From: an uncultured virus (IMG/VR IMGVR_UViG_3300022555_000013)
Lineage: Duplodnaviria; Heunggongvirae; Uroviricota; Caudoviricetes
IMG/VR virus record: IMGVR_UViG_3300022555_000013
Strand: one strand, 5' to 3'
DNA: 64,000 bases
In this document: positions 38,538 through 48,224 of the stretch, piece by piece
How the letters are laid out: each line of letters opens with the position of its first letter
Position numbering within the stretch: the first letter of the stretch is position 1
Position numbers and translations under genes: made by a program
The notes under the pieces: generated by a model
Databases searched by the model: none
What the model was told of the DNA's origin: nothing
The model's input: only the letters and a program-made list of their open reading frames with translations

Positions 38538-39254
38538 ATGGCAAAAGATAAATTAAACAACGTACTTTCCTTTACAGATCACCAAGCAAATTGGTCGCCA
38601 GTAAAAGCTAAGAAAACCAAAAGAACCGAAACAGGTTTAGATATTATAAATGAATATGCTGATAGCATGATGGAATGCCCAGATTGCGGTGCCGAAATTC
38701 AATATAACGAATTTGATACAGAAATTGAATGTGGAGAATGTGGAAGAATATTTCAATTTGATGATAATGGGCAGGAACACCCAGATATGGGTAATATTGG
38801 TATCAAATCATTTATACGTCAATCGCAAGAAGCCGAAGAATCTGGTATCATAGAAGCAAAAGAAGAAAAAGAAACCAAAGAAAAAGAAGAAAAGGGTGGA
38901 ATTTTCAGTAAAGAAAAAGAACTTAAATCAAATCCACTTTTCGGATACGCTGCTGTCAGGGATATGGAAATAAAAAAAATTGGTGAATTTGGAAGCAATC
39001 CATTCAATCTTAAAAATACAGATACCCCAAAAGAACGCCCAAGCTTGAATGCTGGTCAATTTATTGAAACCGAAAAAGTAAGCGGAAATATAAATAGAAT
39101 TGATGGCAGTAAAGTTTATATTGAATCTTTTGATGATCCTTTAAAAATTGTTGAAGTAGACCTTAAAGATGCTGTGAAAGATATCAAGGATAAAGATGGA
39201 TACTTACCAATTTGTAAAATTGAAGATTGGTGGGAACTGAACAAAAAGAAATAA
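38538..39254 (+). CDS. Putative virion-internal protein with shared propeptide and Zn ribbon
   Basis: Leader DKLNNVLSF...KTKRTETGLDIINE, then CPDCG...CGECG. Confidence 0.7.
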   Translation: MAKDKLNNVLSFTDHQANWSPVKAKKTKRTETGLDIINEYADSMMECPDCGAEIQYNEFDTEIECGECGRIFQFDDNGQEHPDMGNIGIKSFIRQSQEAEESGIIEAKEEKETKEKEEKGGIFSKEKELKSNPLFGYAAVRDMEIKKIGEFGSNPFNLKNTDTPKERPSLNAGQFIETEKVSGNINRIDGSKVYIESFDDPLKIVEVDLKDAVKDIKDKDGYLPICKIEDWWELNKKK

Positions 39255-39271
39255 TTCTCTCTCAAATAATG

Positions 39272-39307
39272 AAAAACGTGGGATAATCTTAAGATTCCCC
39301 ACGTTTT
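39272..39307. terminator. Hairpin between convergent genes
   Basis: AAAACGTGGG...CCCACGTTTT inverted repeat. Confidence 0.6.
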
Positions 39308-40290
39308 AATTCATTATCTAATTCACTATAGTTTTTATCAATTATAATAATATAATTATAGCCTAATAATTTACATTGTTTTTCTTTTAATATATTCATT
39401 TTTAAATATTTATTATACCAATATGAGGATTTTATTTCCACAATTAAATTTAAATTTGGTATATAAAAATCAGAATGATACATTTTAATTTCGCTATCCA
39501 ATAAATATTTAAGTGATTTCCCATTTTTTATGGTAATTTTATCATAATATTTTATTAAAAAATCCAATTCATATGACCCCTGATATAATAATTCAGTATT
39601 GTTGAATGTCTTTCTCCTCAATGAAGTAATTTGGGATTTTTTCATTATCTCATAATTCTTCATTGGATTATCAACACCATACTTATCAATAAATATTTCC
39701 TTAATTCTATCTTTTAATAAATCAGAATGCAATGTGCACTTACTACCCCACTTATTTAAATTGTATATTTCAGTTTTATTTTTCACATTTTCATTTTTAG
39801 GTGCCGAAATAAAACCATATTTTTTTAAATTGGTTTTATTTGTTTTGTTCCTTACATCTTCCACTTGTTGTGGATTTTCAACATTATATTTTTTAATACA
39901 AGTTGATTTTGATTTATTTCTATTGTTATAATTTTTATTATTATATTTAGCCTGTTTTGATTCTTTGGATAACTCCTTTATTTCATTCAATTGAAATCCA
40001 TTTTCAACTCCATATCTTTTCAACATAGTATTTTTATAACTTATCCTACTACATTTATTACAAGTATATTTGCCATCATCTTTACAACTCAAATAATAAT
40101 CCTGAATTCTTAATAATTTTTCGGTGCCACAATTATCGCATTTAATTAAAATTCTAATTTGGCTGTTTTTAGGCAAGTCTTCAACTTTAATGATGTTTTT
40201 TTCTTTAGTGTTAATATTATAACCTAATTCTCTATATCTTTTTATTGATATTCCTTTAATAAAAATATTTACTTCACTTGTCAGAATCAT
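39289..40290 (-). CDS. Free-standing homing-endonuclease-like protein (Zn finger, KYGVEN repeats, PD-(D/E)XK domain)
   Basis: CDNC...CNKC; repeated [KR]Y[GN]V[ED]N; C-terminal YHSDFYIPNLNLIVEIKS. Confidence 0.8.
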   Translation of the reverse strand: MILTSEVNIFIKGISIKRYRELGYNINTKEKNIIKVEDLPKNSQIRILIKCDNCGTEKLLRIQDYYLSCKDDGKYTCNKCSRISYKNTMLKRYGVENGFQLNEIKELSKESKQAKYNNKNYNNRNKSKSTCIKKYNVENPQQVEDVRNKTNKTNLKKYGFISAPKNENVKNKTEIYNLNKWGSKCTLHSDLLKDRIKEIFIDKYGVDNPMKNYEIMKKSQITSLRRKTFNNTELLYQGSYELDFLIKYYDKITIKNGKSLKYLLDSEIKMYHSDFYIPNLNLIVEIKSSYWYNKYLKMNILKEKQCKLLGYNYIIIIDKNYSELDNELKRGES

Positions 40291-40417
40291 TTTTATTTTT
40301 ATTTTTATATTCAGATATCAATTTTTCTATAAATTTAGATTTATTTAAACTTAAATCATTAAGATATTTTACCAGTTCTGTTTTTAATGAAATAGATATT
40401 TTTGTTTTATTCTTCAT
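40274..40417 (-). CDS. Small RHH-like protein, 47 aa, overlapping the endonuclease start
   Basis: Hand-translated MKNKTKISISLKTELVKYLNDLSLNKSKFIEKLISEYKNKNKNDSDK; TAATATATAA immediately upstream. Confidence 0.72.
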   Translation of the reverse strand: MKNKTKISISLKTELVKYLNDLSLNKSKFIEKLISEYKNKNKNDSDK

Positions 40418-40468
40418 ACGTTATATATTAAATATAAAAGTAGTATTTTGCTACTTTTTCATACCGTT

Positions 40469-41944
40469 TTATAAAATTTCTAAATTTTTAAGTTCATTTT
40501 TTAATTTTTCTAATTCCTCATGTTTTTCCATCATAATTTTTTTCCATTTTTTGCGATCATTATAAATTTCACCCATTACACAGGTGACCACACCAACCTC
40601 ATGTTTGAATACTGATCCATTGAGAGTTATAATATCATCATCATTAATCATAAGTTGGTGACCGTTAAAAATTGAATATTCCTTATCTTTAACTTTTTGA
40701 CCTTTATATGAATCTGCGGATATATTAAACTGCCGCATCGTTGTTGGATAAAGTGACGCAAAGTCATAGCAACATGTCCAACGTGCCATTCCTTTCACAG
40801 GTTCTTTTACCCAGCCACCCTTTACAGATTTATTTTCTGTATCTCCAAGATCATCATGCTCATCACGAACCAATACAACATTCTTTTGATCTCTTAATTT
40901 CTCCCTCAGGATTCCTTCAGTAAGAGCAAGGGTTGATAACGAATCTTTCACTTTAATCTTACCAAGAACAGCCATCCCATACATAATATCAACATATTTC
41001 ATTTTCTTATGAATCTGCTGAACAAGGGCGGAGTCAATCGCATTATAAAAAACGAATTTCTTATAATCTTCACGATACAATCTTTTCAGGTCACCTTCAT
41101 AGTTAACCTTTTTGCAATCCTTACCAAGAATCTTTTCTGATGCAAAATCCAAACTGGTACTTTCCTTAACTTTTACTGATGTGTCCCATTTAGAAAACAA
41201 TTCCATATAATCAACGATAATACGATGCGATGGAATTTCTGCATAAGAATTTTGAATACCACCTTTATATTGCATTGGTTCTATCAATTTCTTTGTAAAA
41301 GATGCAACAGATGGGTCAAGCCCAATATTTCTTGCCCTATTAACAAGGAACACCCAGTCATATTCCAAAAAATTCCAGCCAGTAATAACAGCCATTTTTG
41401 GCACAAGAACATTAAAATAATTATGCATCATATCATATTCAGTTTTAAACTGAACATATGTAAAATTATAATTTGTTTCGAATTTTTTAAAATGTAAGTT
41501 AATATCGCTTTTAATTGAATCGACTTGGTTTGAATTTAACGGCAAAGTGCCAATAACCATTATATTGTTTTTGTTTACAACAGAAATTGTTTGAATTTTA
41601 CTTTCTGCTGATCTTGGGTCTGGTCTTTTATCCAAAATTTCATTTTCGATATCACAAAACCAAATATCTGGTTCAGAATAATCATAAATTTCTTTACGTT
41701 CTTCCTCTGGTAAATTATCAATAAAATCGTAGATTGAATACTTATTTGGATACTTGGTATAAATTTCTTTTACGCTGCGACCATCCCATGTTACAAACCG
41801 ACCACTTTTTTCTGGATCATCATCCCCAGTTAATATAAATTTTGCTGGTCTTGACCAATTTTTATACTTTAATTTTATTTTACCATCACCGTTTATGTAA
41901 CTAATTATCAGATTATTACTACGAAATTCATGATCAACGAGCAT
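40469..41944 (-). CDS. Family-B DNA polymerase, N-terminal subunit only (3'-5' exonuclease, motif A, first fingers helix)
   Basis: ExoI CDIENE, ExoII GWNFLEYDW, ExoIII YNAIDS, KGGWVKEP, motif A YDFASLYP. Stops after RKKWKK and lacks KxxxNSxYG and YxDTDS. Confidence 0.9.
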   Translation of the reverse strand: MLVDHEFRSNNLIISYINGDGKIKLKYKNWSRPAKFILTGDDDPEKSGRFVTWDGRSVKEIYTKYPNKYSIYDFIDNLPEEERKEIYDYSEPDIWFCDIENEILDKRPDPRSAESKIQTISVVNKNNIMVIGTLPLNSNQVDSIKSDINLHFKKFETNYNFTYVQFKTEYDMMHNYFNVLVPKMAVITGWNFLEYDWVFLVNRARNIGLDPSVASFTKKLIEPMQYKGGIQNSYAEIPSHRIIVDYMELFSKWDTSVKVKESTSLDFASEKILGKDCKKVNYEGDLKRLYREDYKKFVFYNAIDSALVQQIHKKMKYVDIMYGMAVLGKIKVKDSLSTLALTEGILREKLRDQKNVVLVRDEHDDLGDTENKSVKGGWVKEPVKGMARWTCCYDFASLYPTTMRQFNISADSYKGQKVKDKEYSIFNGHQLMINDDDIITLNGSVFKHEVGVVTCVMGEIYNDRKKWKKIMMEKHEELEKLKNELKNLEIL

Positions 41945-42054
41945 ATAGATTTATTATTTTATTCTTATATATAAATACAAGAACAAAGTTTAAAACATTT
42001 TTAGCCAAAACAGACCTAACCTGAATAATATATACAATAAAAAACATAGCTTAA

Positions 42055-42432
42055 ATGGTTGAAAAAATTGATCTCCTTGGGAAAGTGGCTAAATTCCCAA
42101 AAAATACTAAGGCAAGCAAAGCATATAACTTTCTTGAAAATGTAAAAGTTTCAAAAAAGAAATTATGGTATATACTTATCGAAAAGGATGAGAATGAGCT
42201 TCAATGCATTAAATACAACAATAAAATGGGGGTCAATTTAACGCTATTTATTGAGCAACTTAAGGATTATTATAAAAAAGATAAAAGTATATCTGAATAT
42301 ATTAAGCAATTGAATATTGAAGGAAATGATAAATTTTCCATCATTAAAAATATTCCAGATGTTGAGGTAAAACCAGGTAAAAAAATGATAACATTTTTAA
42401 CCGAAAACCTTATCCAGCTTCTTTATAAGTAA
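42055..42432 (+). CDS. Hypothetical protein, paralogue of 20762-21310
   Basis: Shared domain; TAATATATAC at 42026-42035. Confidence 0.8.
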   Translation: MVEKIDLLGKVAKFPKNTKASKAYNFLENVKVSKKKLWYILIEKDENELQCIKYNNKMGVNLTLFIEQLKDYYKKDKSISEYIKQLNIEGNDKFSIIKNIPDVEVKPGKKMITFLTENLIQLLYK

Positions 42433-43659
42433 TTACGTTATTTCTACAAGAATACCATTTACAAAATGATATGTGCTTCCACCAACTGTAAATTGCCTTG
42501 TCACACCAGCCTTTTCGGTTGTTCCAGACATCGTTATAAAACCAGAATCACTATATACACTTTTACCTGATGCCATTTTAATGTCACTATTTTTATCGAA
42601 AAATGTGTTATTTGAATAGGTTATTGCCGATGATGATTTAACATCTGTATAATATGTAGATGCTGAAAGGGTTATTCCAGATGAATATGTTACTGCCGAT
42701 AAAACTTTAGCATCAGTGTAATATGTAGTGGCTGATAGTGAATATGTGACAGCCGATGTTGTAGCCGACAATACGACTATTTCAGTCTCAGTTTTTGTAT
42801 ACGTTGCACCAGTATAATAAAAAGATGGAAAAGATTTTAAATCAGTTCCACCAGTACCAAATGATTGATCTGAGCCATTTGTACCTCTCATTTTAATTCC
42901 AGTAACAAGCCCACCAGCAAGACTAAGCTGAACACTACCATTAGCTAAATTGTAGAGGTTTTGAACTGTCAATCCAGGTTCTACTCCACCAGTAAACCCA
43001 TATGAAGAATATCCATTTGAAAATGTTTGACCAGATACGACCATTGAATAACGACCTGACGGAAGAGCCCCTTCAGGATCATCAGTATTAATCCAATTTA
43101 CATACAAAGCGGCAGCCGCACCAGCGGTACCATGTAAAAATGATTTACCAATTACATTAAAATCTCCATCATAAGCCGATGTTGAAACTATTTTTCCAAT
43201 ATATACATTTCCACCATTAGCACTTTGAATATTTCCGCTTCCAATATCATTCCAATATGTTGCCCCAGTTGTCCCCGACATGGCAGTTCCACCACTGGTT
43301 AAACTCATCCAAGTTATCCCATTATATCCAAAGAAATCTTTAGATGTGCTATTGTATTGTATTGATCCCTCAGTGTTTCCATCTGCGGAACCAATAGTTA
43401 TAGCACCAGCAACTCTGAATTTTTCCGTACTTGTGCTTGATGTTCCAACTCCAACTTTACCACTATCATAATAAATATCACTTCCTATTTTTTTCCAATC
43501 GCTGGTTGGGCCTGTTCCACCACTGGAAACATAAATAATATTTCTAAGTTGATCCATAACCCATAATCCACCTGAGTCGTATCCAATATATACGTGACCA
43601 TCTTCTGGTGGATATGGTAAAGAAGCGTTCTCTATAATGGCAATTTTTTGGAAACTCAT
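42433..43659 (-). CDS. Ser/Thr/Gly-rich fibre-like virion protein
   Basis: GKVGVGTSS fibre-type motif, SGGT/SGTT units, repeated TYYTDxK...SA[VI]TYS. Confidence 0.65.
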   Translation of the reverse strand: MSFQKIAIIENASLPYPPEDGHVYIGYDSGGLWVMDQLRNIIYVSSGGTGPTSDWKKIGSDIYYDSGKVGVGTSSTSTEKFRVAGAITIGSADGNTEGSIQYNSTSKDFFGYNGITWMSLTSGGTAMSGTTGATYWNDIGSGNIQSANGGNVYIGKIVSTSAYDGDFNVIGKSFLHGTAGAAAALYVNWINTDDPEGALPSGRYSMVVSGQTFSNGYSSYGFTGGVEPGLTVQNLYNLANGSVQLSLAGGLVTGIKMRGTNGSDQSFGTGGTDLKSFPSFYYTGATYTKTETEIVVLSATTSAVTYSLSATTYYTDAKVLSAVTYSSGITLSASTYYTDVKSSSAITYSNNTFFDKNSDIKMASGKSVYSDSGFITMSGTTEKAGVTRQFTVGGSTYHFVNGILVEIT

Positions 43660-43709
43660 GTATCGTAGATTATTTTGTAAACTATATATAAAAATTTACA
43701 TTAAATAAT

Positions 43710-44168
43710 TCAGATGTTTCCAATTTTTTTATCTATCTGTTCAATTTTTAACTGGCGTTCTCTCTTAATTTTATACCCAAGCGGTATAAATTCCTCAATT
43801 AAAGAATATCTATCACACAAAATTTCATTTTTTGTAACATAATTCTCATTATAATCATTAGTTCCAAAACAATCTGTTCTTAATGATATAATTTCATCCC
43901 AAATTTCTGATGTTGCTATACGATATTCTTGCCAAACATTTTCGGCAACTTTTATATGAATAATTGCCCTTGAGAAAATAATAGGCGCACCACCCTCTAC
44001 AGAAATGCTAAGATTTCCATCCTTTCCACTTTTTAACCACCTTAAAACAATATTACTCAACTTCTTTTTAAATGCTGGTGTACATATATACGAACCTAAA
44101 TGTGGATGCGTGTAATATGATGATTCTTTCATTGAAACAAACTTACCATTTAAATAAATATTAGCCAT
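43710..44168 (-). CDS. Hypothetical protein with tag
   Basis: Ends RERQLKIEQIDKKIGNI. Confidence 0.75.
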   Translation of the reverse strand: MANIYLNGKFVSMKESSYYTHPHLGSYICTPAFKKKLSNIVLRWLKSGKDGNLSISVEGGAPIIFSRAIIHIKVAENVWQEYRIATSEIWDEIISLRTDCFGTNDYNENYVTKNEILCDRYSLIEEFIPLGYKIKRERQLKIEQIDKKIGNI

Positions 44169-44170
44169 TT

Positions 44171-46633
44171 TTATTTTATTTTTAATTCAATATCTAAAAT
44201 TTTATTGAATTTTAGAAATGTTATAATTATTTTGTCCGTTAAAGCATGTAAAACATCACCAGGTGATGTCCAAATAGAATATTCCTTCGCAAATGTCACA
44301 TCAGTTAAACATTGATATATTTTATATGGATTGTTACCATCTTTAATTTGAACGTGTAGTTCTGGGCTTCTATCTTCACCACTGTAATTAAAGGTTATTT
44401 TATTTTTTTCAATTTCATATGTTATATTAAATAATTCAGGAGTTATGCTAACATCATCTTTGGTATATTTATCAAAATCAAATGAAATTATTGGCTCAGC
44501 AACCAAGCTACCTTTGATAATTTGTTCAACAACCATATTAGGTGAAATATTTTTAGTGCATTCAAAATGTCGTTCAGTATCTCTATACTCTGGGCACCAA
44601 TCCCACGTTCCACGATCAAACTCATGTGAATTAAAACACCCATTGCATACATTAAAATTATGAACATTTATATTTCCAGTTTTAAATTCACAAATTGGAT
44701 CACTGAAGCCAGAAATCATTAAAACTTTCTTACCCAATGCCCAAGCAAGCCAACTCAGCCCAGAACCAATTCCAATAAAAAACTCACAATGAGAAAGCTC
44801 ATTAATCCTATGCTCGATTGGGAAATTACCAGTTCTATTAATAATATTTTTTAATTTTGTTGCTTGCTTACTAATAGCAACTACTTTATATCCCTGAACA
44901 TTTAGCCAGTCTACTAAAATTTGCCACCCAATATTCGAATCTTTGTATGGATAATGCCAATGTTTAGCATTAGCAGTTGAAAATTGGGCAATGCATACGT
45001 ATTTTTCTTTGATTGGTCTGGTGCCAATTGGTGCGTTAACTTTAGGGATAATTTCATTATATGGTAATCCTAAAATATCAGACGCTGTTTTTTGCAATGG
45101 TATTCTTTTATAATCATTTGGATTTTTTACTTTACTCCAAGGCTGAAACCATCCAATAATATATCTTGCATAAATCCCAGTCAAATTATCATCTGGCTCA
45201 ACAAAATTTATATTTGGATATTTTTTAATAAACCACTTATTCCAAAATGTGCTACAATACATTTCGCAATCATGAATTTTTCTAAACTCTTCAACATATG
45301 GAAACCAAGCTAACGTATCACCAATAGATTTACTATCAAGCTGGACAAAAACTCGTTTACCTTTTAAATTAAAATCATGAGATTCGATAAGATTTCCGCC
45401 TCGCATAACATTTACTTGCCATTCTCTATAATAAACAATATTTGTTTTTGCATGAAGAACTACAGAAGAATCAACAGTTTCGAGGGTTGTTTTATAATTG
45501 TTTATCGGGTTCTGTTTATCAATAAATTCTACATCAAAATTTATTCTTTTATTTGCGGTTACTTCAAATTTAGCCCCGTCAACAAAACTAATATTATAAT
45601 TATATTTTTCAGGTAAAATACTATCATATTCACTATACATTAAATCTTTGAATTTGTCAGAATCATCATTTTCATTTTTTCCTTTTAATCTGAAAGAAAA
45701 TTTATCTATAATAGTTTTGACATCAGTATCAATATCGCCAGTAAGATATGTTACTATTGAATCATATGAGTCTCCATATGTATCCAATTTTTTCAAAAAC
45801 ACTGGGATATTATATGAAAGTGCTTCTCTTACCGCCAATGGATTAAGTTCTAACGTGCTTGGATGTATTAACATATCTGATGCTTGATAGAAAATATCTA
45901 CATCAGAACGCTCCCCCCACACAAAGCAATTTTCAGGTTTATCGGTTAATAACGGTTCCCAATAATCTTTAAAATTAGTAGCTTGATTTCCTATAAAGTG
46001 AAAATTTACTTTATAATCTATCATTTTTTTAGCAATTTCAAAAACATATCCTTGGTTTTTAAATTCATTGAAAAGCCCAACATTTAAAATATGTAAATAT
46101 TCAGGATCAAATTCGAGTTTATCGATTGATTGACTTTTATTTATTTCTGGTGATGTAATTGGATATTCTGCCAAAGTTGACGGAATATTAAATTTGGAAT
46201 ATTGCTTCATACTATGCTGAGAAACAAACATAAATTTATCAGGAAAAAACTTTTTATCATCAACGTTAAAGGTTGATGTATGAGTACATTCGATAATTTT
46301 ATATGGTCTGTCTGGACGATAAAGCCATTCAGCATGCTCTTGACGCATAAACATTTCTGGAATTTCTTCCATGTGAATTACATCGGGTGATATTTTTTCA
46401 ATATATTCTGAAAAATGATCACGAAGTTCTTCTGTTTCATGCCGCCCAAGGGTAATAAAATGATCACCAAGCAATTCAATTAGCTTATCACGTTGAACAA
46501 CATATTTCCATGCTAATTGTTTATATTCAATAACATATACATCATGAATATCTTTTAATAATTCAACCCGTTTTAATACAACTTGAGGCATGCCTCCCGT
46601 AGACATATGACCAGCCAAAAACAATATTTTCAT
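44171..46633 (-). CDS. GT4-like glycosyltransferase fused to an autotransporter O-heptosyltransferase-like (Aah/TibC-type) domain
   Basis: N-terminal HMSTGGMPQ, NVGLFNEFKNQ, PSTLELNPLAVREA; C-terminal SKSIGDTLAWFPY, STANAKHW, FIGIGSGLSWLAWA, ISGFS, CNGC...WCP...FEC. Confidence 0.8.
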   Translation of the reverse strand: MKILFLAGHMSTGGMPQVVLKRVELLKDIHDVYVIEYKQLAWKYVVQRDKLIELLGDHFITLGRHETEELRDHFSEYIEKISPDVIHMEEIPEMFMRQEHAEWLYRPDRPYKIIECTHTSTFNVDDKKFFPDKFMFVSQHSMKQYSKFNIPSTLAEYPITSPEINKSQSIDKLEFDPEYLHILNVGLFNEFKNQGYVFEIAKKMIDYKVNFHFIGNQATNFKDYWEPLLTDKPENCFVWGERSDVDIFYQASDMLIHPSTLELNPLAVREALSYNIPVFLKKLDTYGDSYDSIVTYLTGDIDTDVKTIIDKFSFRLKGKNENDDSDKFKDLMYSEYDSILPEKYNYNISFVDGAKFEVTANKRINFDVEFIDKQNPINNYKTTLETVDSSVVLHAKTNIVYYREWQVNVMRGGNLIESHDFNLKGKRVFVQLDSKSIGDTLAWFPYVEEFRKIHDCEMYCSTFWNKWFIKKYPNINFVEPDDNLTGIYARYIIGWFQPWSKVKNPNDYKRIPLQKTASDILGLPYNEIIPKVNAPIGTRPIKEKYVCIAQFSTANAKHWHYPYKDSNIGWQILVDWLNVQGYKVVAISKQATKLKNIINRTGNFPIEHRINELSHCEFFIGIGSGLSWLAWALGKKVLMISGFSDPICEFKTGNINVHNFNVCNGCFNSHEFDRGTWDWCPEYRDTERHFECTKNISPNMVVEQIIKGSLVAEPIISFDFDKYTKDDVSITPELFNITYEIEKNKITFNYSGEDRSPELHVQIKDGNNPYKIYQCLTDVTFAKEYSIWTSPGDVLHALTDKIIITFLKFNKILDIELKIK

Positions 46634-46683
46634 CTACTATATTTTTTTTACTCATATAGATGAAAATATTATAAATGTTTGAA

Positions 46684-48165
46684 TCAGATTACAATAAATA
46701 ACAAATATTGTGTAATACTATTTCCGCATTTATCTGCAACATAAAACTTAACACAATAATAGCCAGCGACTGTAATATTGCCAACTTCACCTGATATATT
46801 AGCTACTAAAACACTTAAGCTATCTTTCGTTATACTTAAATCAACGGCATCTGTAACGGAGTCAATAATATTAAGAATAATATCAGCATGTGTTATTGAA
46901 GATAAACTAAAACCTGATAAACTTAAAGTAAATCCACTGGTTATAGTTATACCTGAAGTTATCCCAGTGATACCAGAATATGTAGTAGTATTTCCAGTCA
47001 TTGCAGTTAATACTCCAGCATAATATGCTATTACAGGAGGTGCATCATCAACATAAATTGTTGAAATTACATTTGTTGTTAAATTTCCAGCAATATCGCT
47101 CACACTTAATGTCAATCGATACATTCCCTCTTCTGTAATTTCAGTTAATTCTGGAATACTGCCAAATTTTTGTAGAGTAAGAGTAATGGCTGATATTGGA
47201 ATATTACCATCCCAAATATCAGTAACCCCACTTACAAAATAATCATTCAATTGTGATAATGTCCACCCAGTTATTGAATCGTGAATTAAATGCAAATATG
47301 CTGTAGATGGTGCGGTTATTCCTGTATATGGAGCATTATAATGGATAACAGGCGGTGTTGTATCGGTTCCACCAGATTGTACACAATTGGTATAAACATA
47401 ATCCTGATCTAAATATCTATGATCAATATCAGCCCACACAAACATCATTCTTGCATAAACCTGATTTTTATCAAATTCACTTAAAAAAGTAAGTGTATAC
47501 ATTTTTGTGGTGGTATAAATTAGTATTTTTTTAGGATTTAGTTCTTCTGGAATAAATGATGATATTGAATTAAATGGAATATATGCCACAGGGTCTGAAT
47601 TTGAATTCAAAACTTTGAATTGAGTTGATCCACAACCATTTTTGTCAGTTACAACATTATTCCAATATAAATTTGAAAATGTAGTTCCAGTATTAATTGT
47701 TACTGGCTCAATGACTTCAATATCAGCCTGAAGAATATCCAAAACAACATCATAGTCAAGGTTATTATTAAGATAAATCTGAGGTAATTTGCTTCCAGAC
47801 GATCCAGTTAATATCATCAATTTCCCAATTGGTCTTATGGTAAGTGGGTCATCTTCAAAATAATATTCAATGTTATATGAATCTTTTTCATATCTATAGT
47901 ATGGGTCATTAACAGTATCGTATGTAACTTTTATCATTAAAAATGTAGATGTCTGTCCTACAAATCCACATATTAATGGCTGATCCATAAGACCACTCTT
48001 AAGCACCATTCTGCCTCTATACTGAGCATCATATGTAATAGCCAAATCTTCTAAACTAAGTTTAGCTGTAACGTTAGGTCCTTCCGTTGCGATAAATGTA
48101 CAATTCCAGTTCTTTATACACTTCTCAGTGGGTTGTAAAAGGTCATTTGGAACAATCTTAGTCAT
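46684..48165 (-). CDS. Virion protein with two C-terminal Ig-like repeats
   Basis: Likely start MTKIVPND at 48165; DTTPPVI...VSDIAGN and DDAPPVI...VADKCGN; SGIT-type repeats. Confidence 0.65.
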   Translation of the reverse strand: MTKIVPNDLLQPTEKCIKNWNCTFIATEGPNVTAKLSLEDLAITYDAQYRGRMVLKSGLMDQPLICGFVGQTSTFLMIKVTYDTVNDPYYRYEKDSYNIEYYFEDDPLTIRPIGKLMILTGSSGSKLPQIYLNNNLDYDVVLDILQADIEVIEPVTINTGTTFSNLYWNNVVTDKNGCGSTQFKVLNSNSDPVAYIPFNSISSFIPEELNPKKILIYTTTKMYTLTFLSEFDKNQVYARMMFVWADIDHRYLDQDYVYTNCVQSGGTDTTPPVIHYNAPYTGITAPSTAYLHLIHDSITGWTLSQLNDYFVSGVTDIWDGNIPISAITLTLQKFGSIPELTEITEEGMYRLTLSVSDIAGNLTTNVISTIYVDDAPPVIAYYAGVLTAMTGNTTTYSGITGITSGITITSGFTLSLSGFSLSSITHADIILNIIDSVTDAVDLSITKDSLSVLVANISGEVGNITVAGYYCVKFYVADKCGNSITQYLLFIVI

Positions 48166-48224
48166 GGAAAAATATTTTTCTTTATATATAAAATTACCAA
48201 GCTGATTTTTTATATATATCTTCA

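Noticed and set aside
39289..40469. Group I intron or intein interrupting the DNA polymerase gene
   Set aside because: No downstream exon with motifs B and C on the same strand, no intein motifs, and the cassette has its own promoter-like motif and leader gene.
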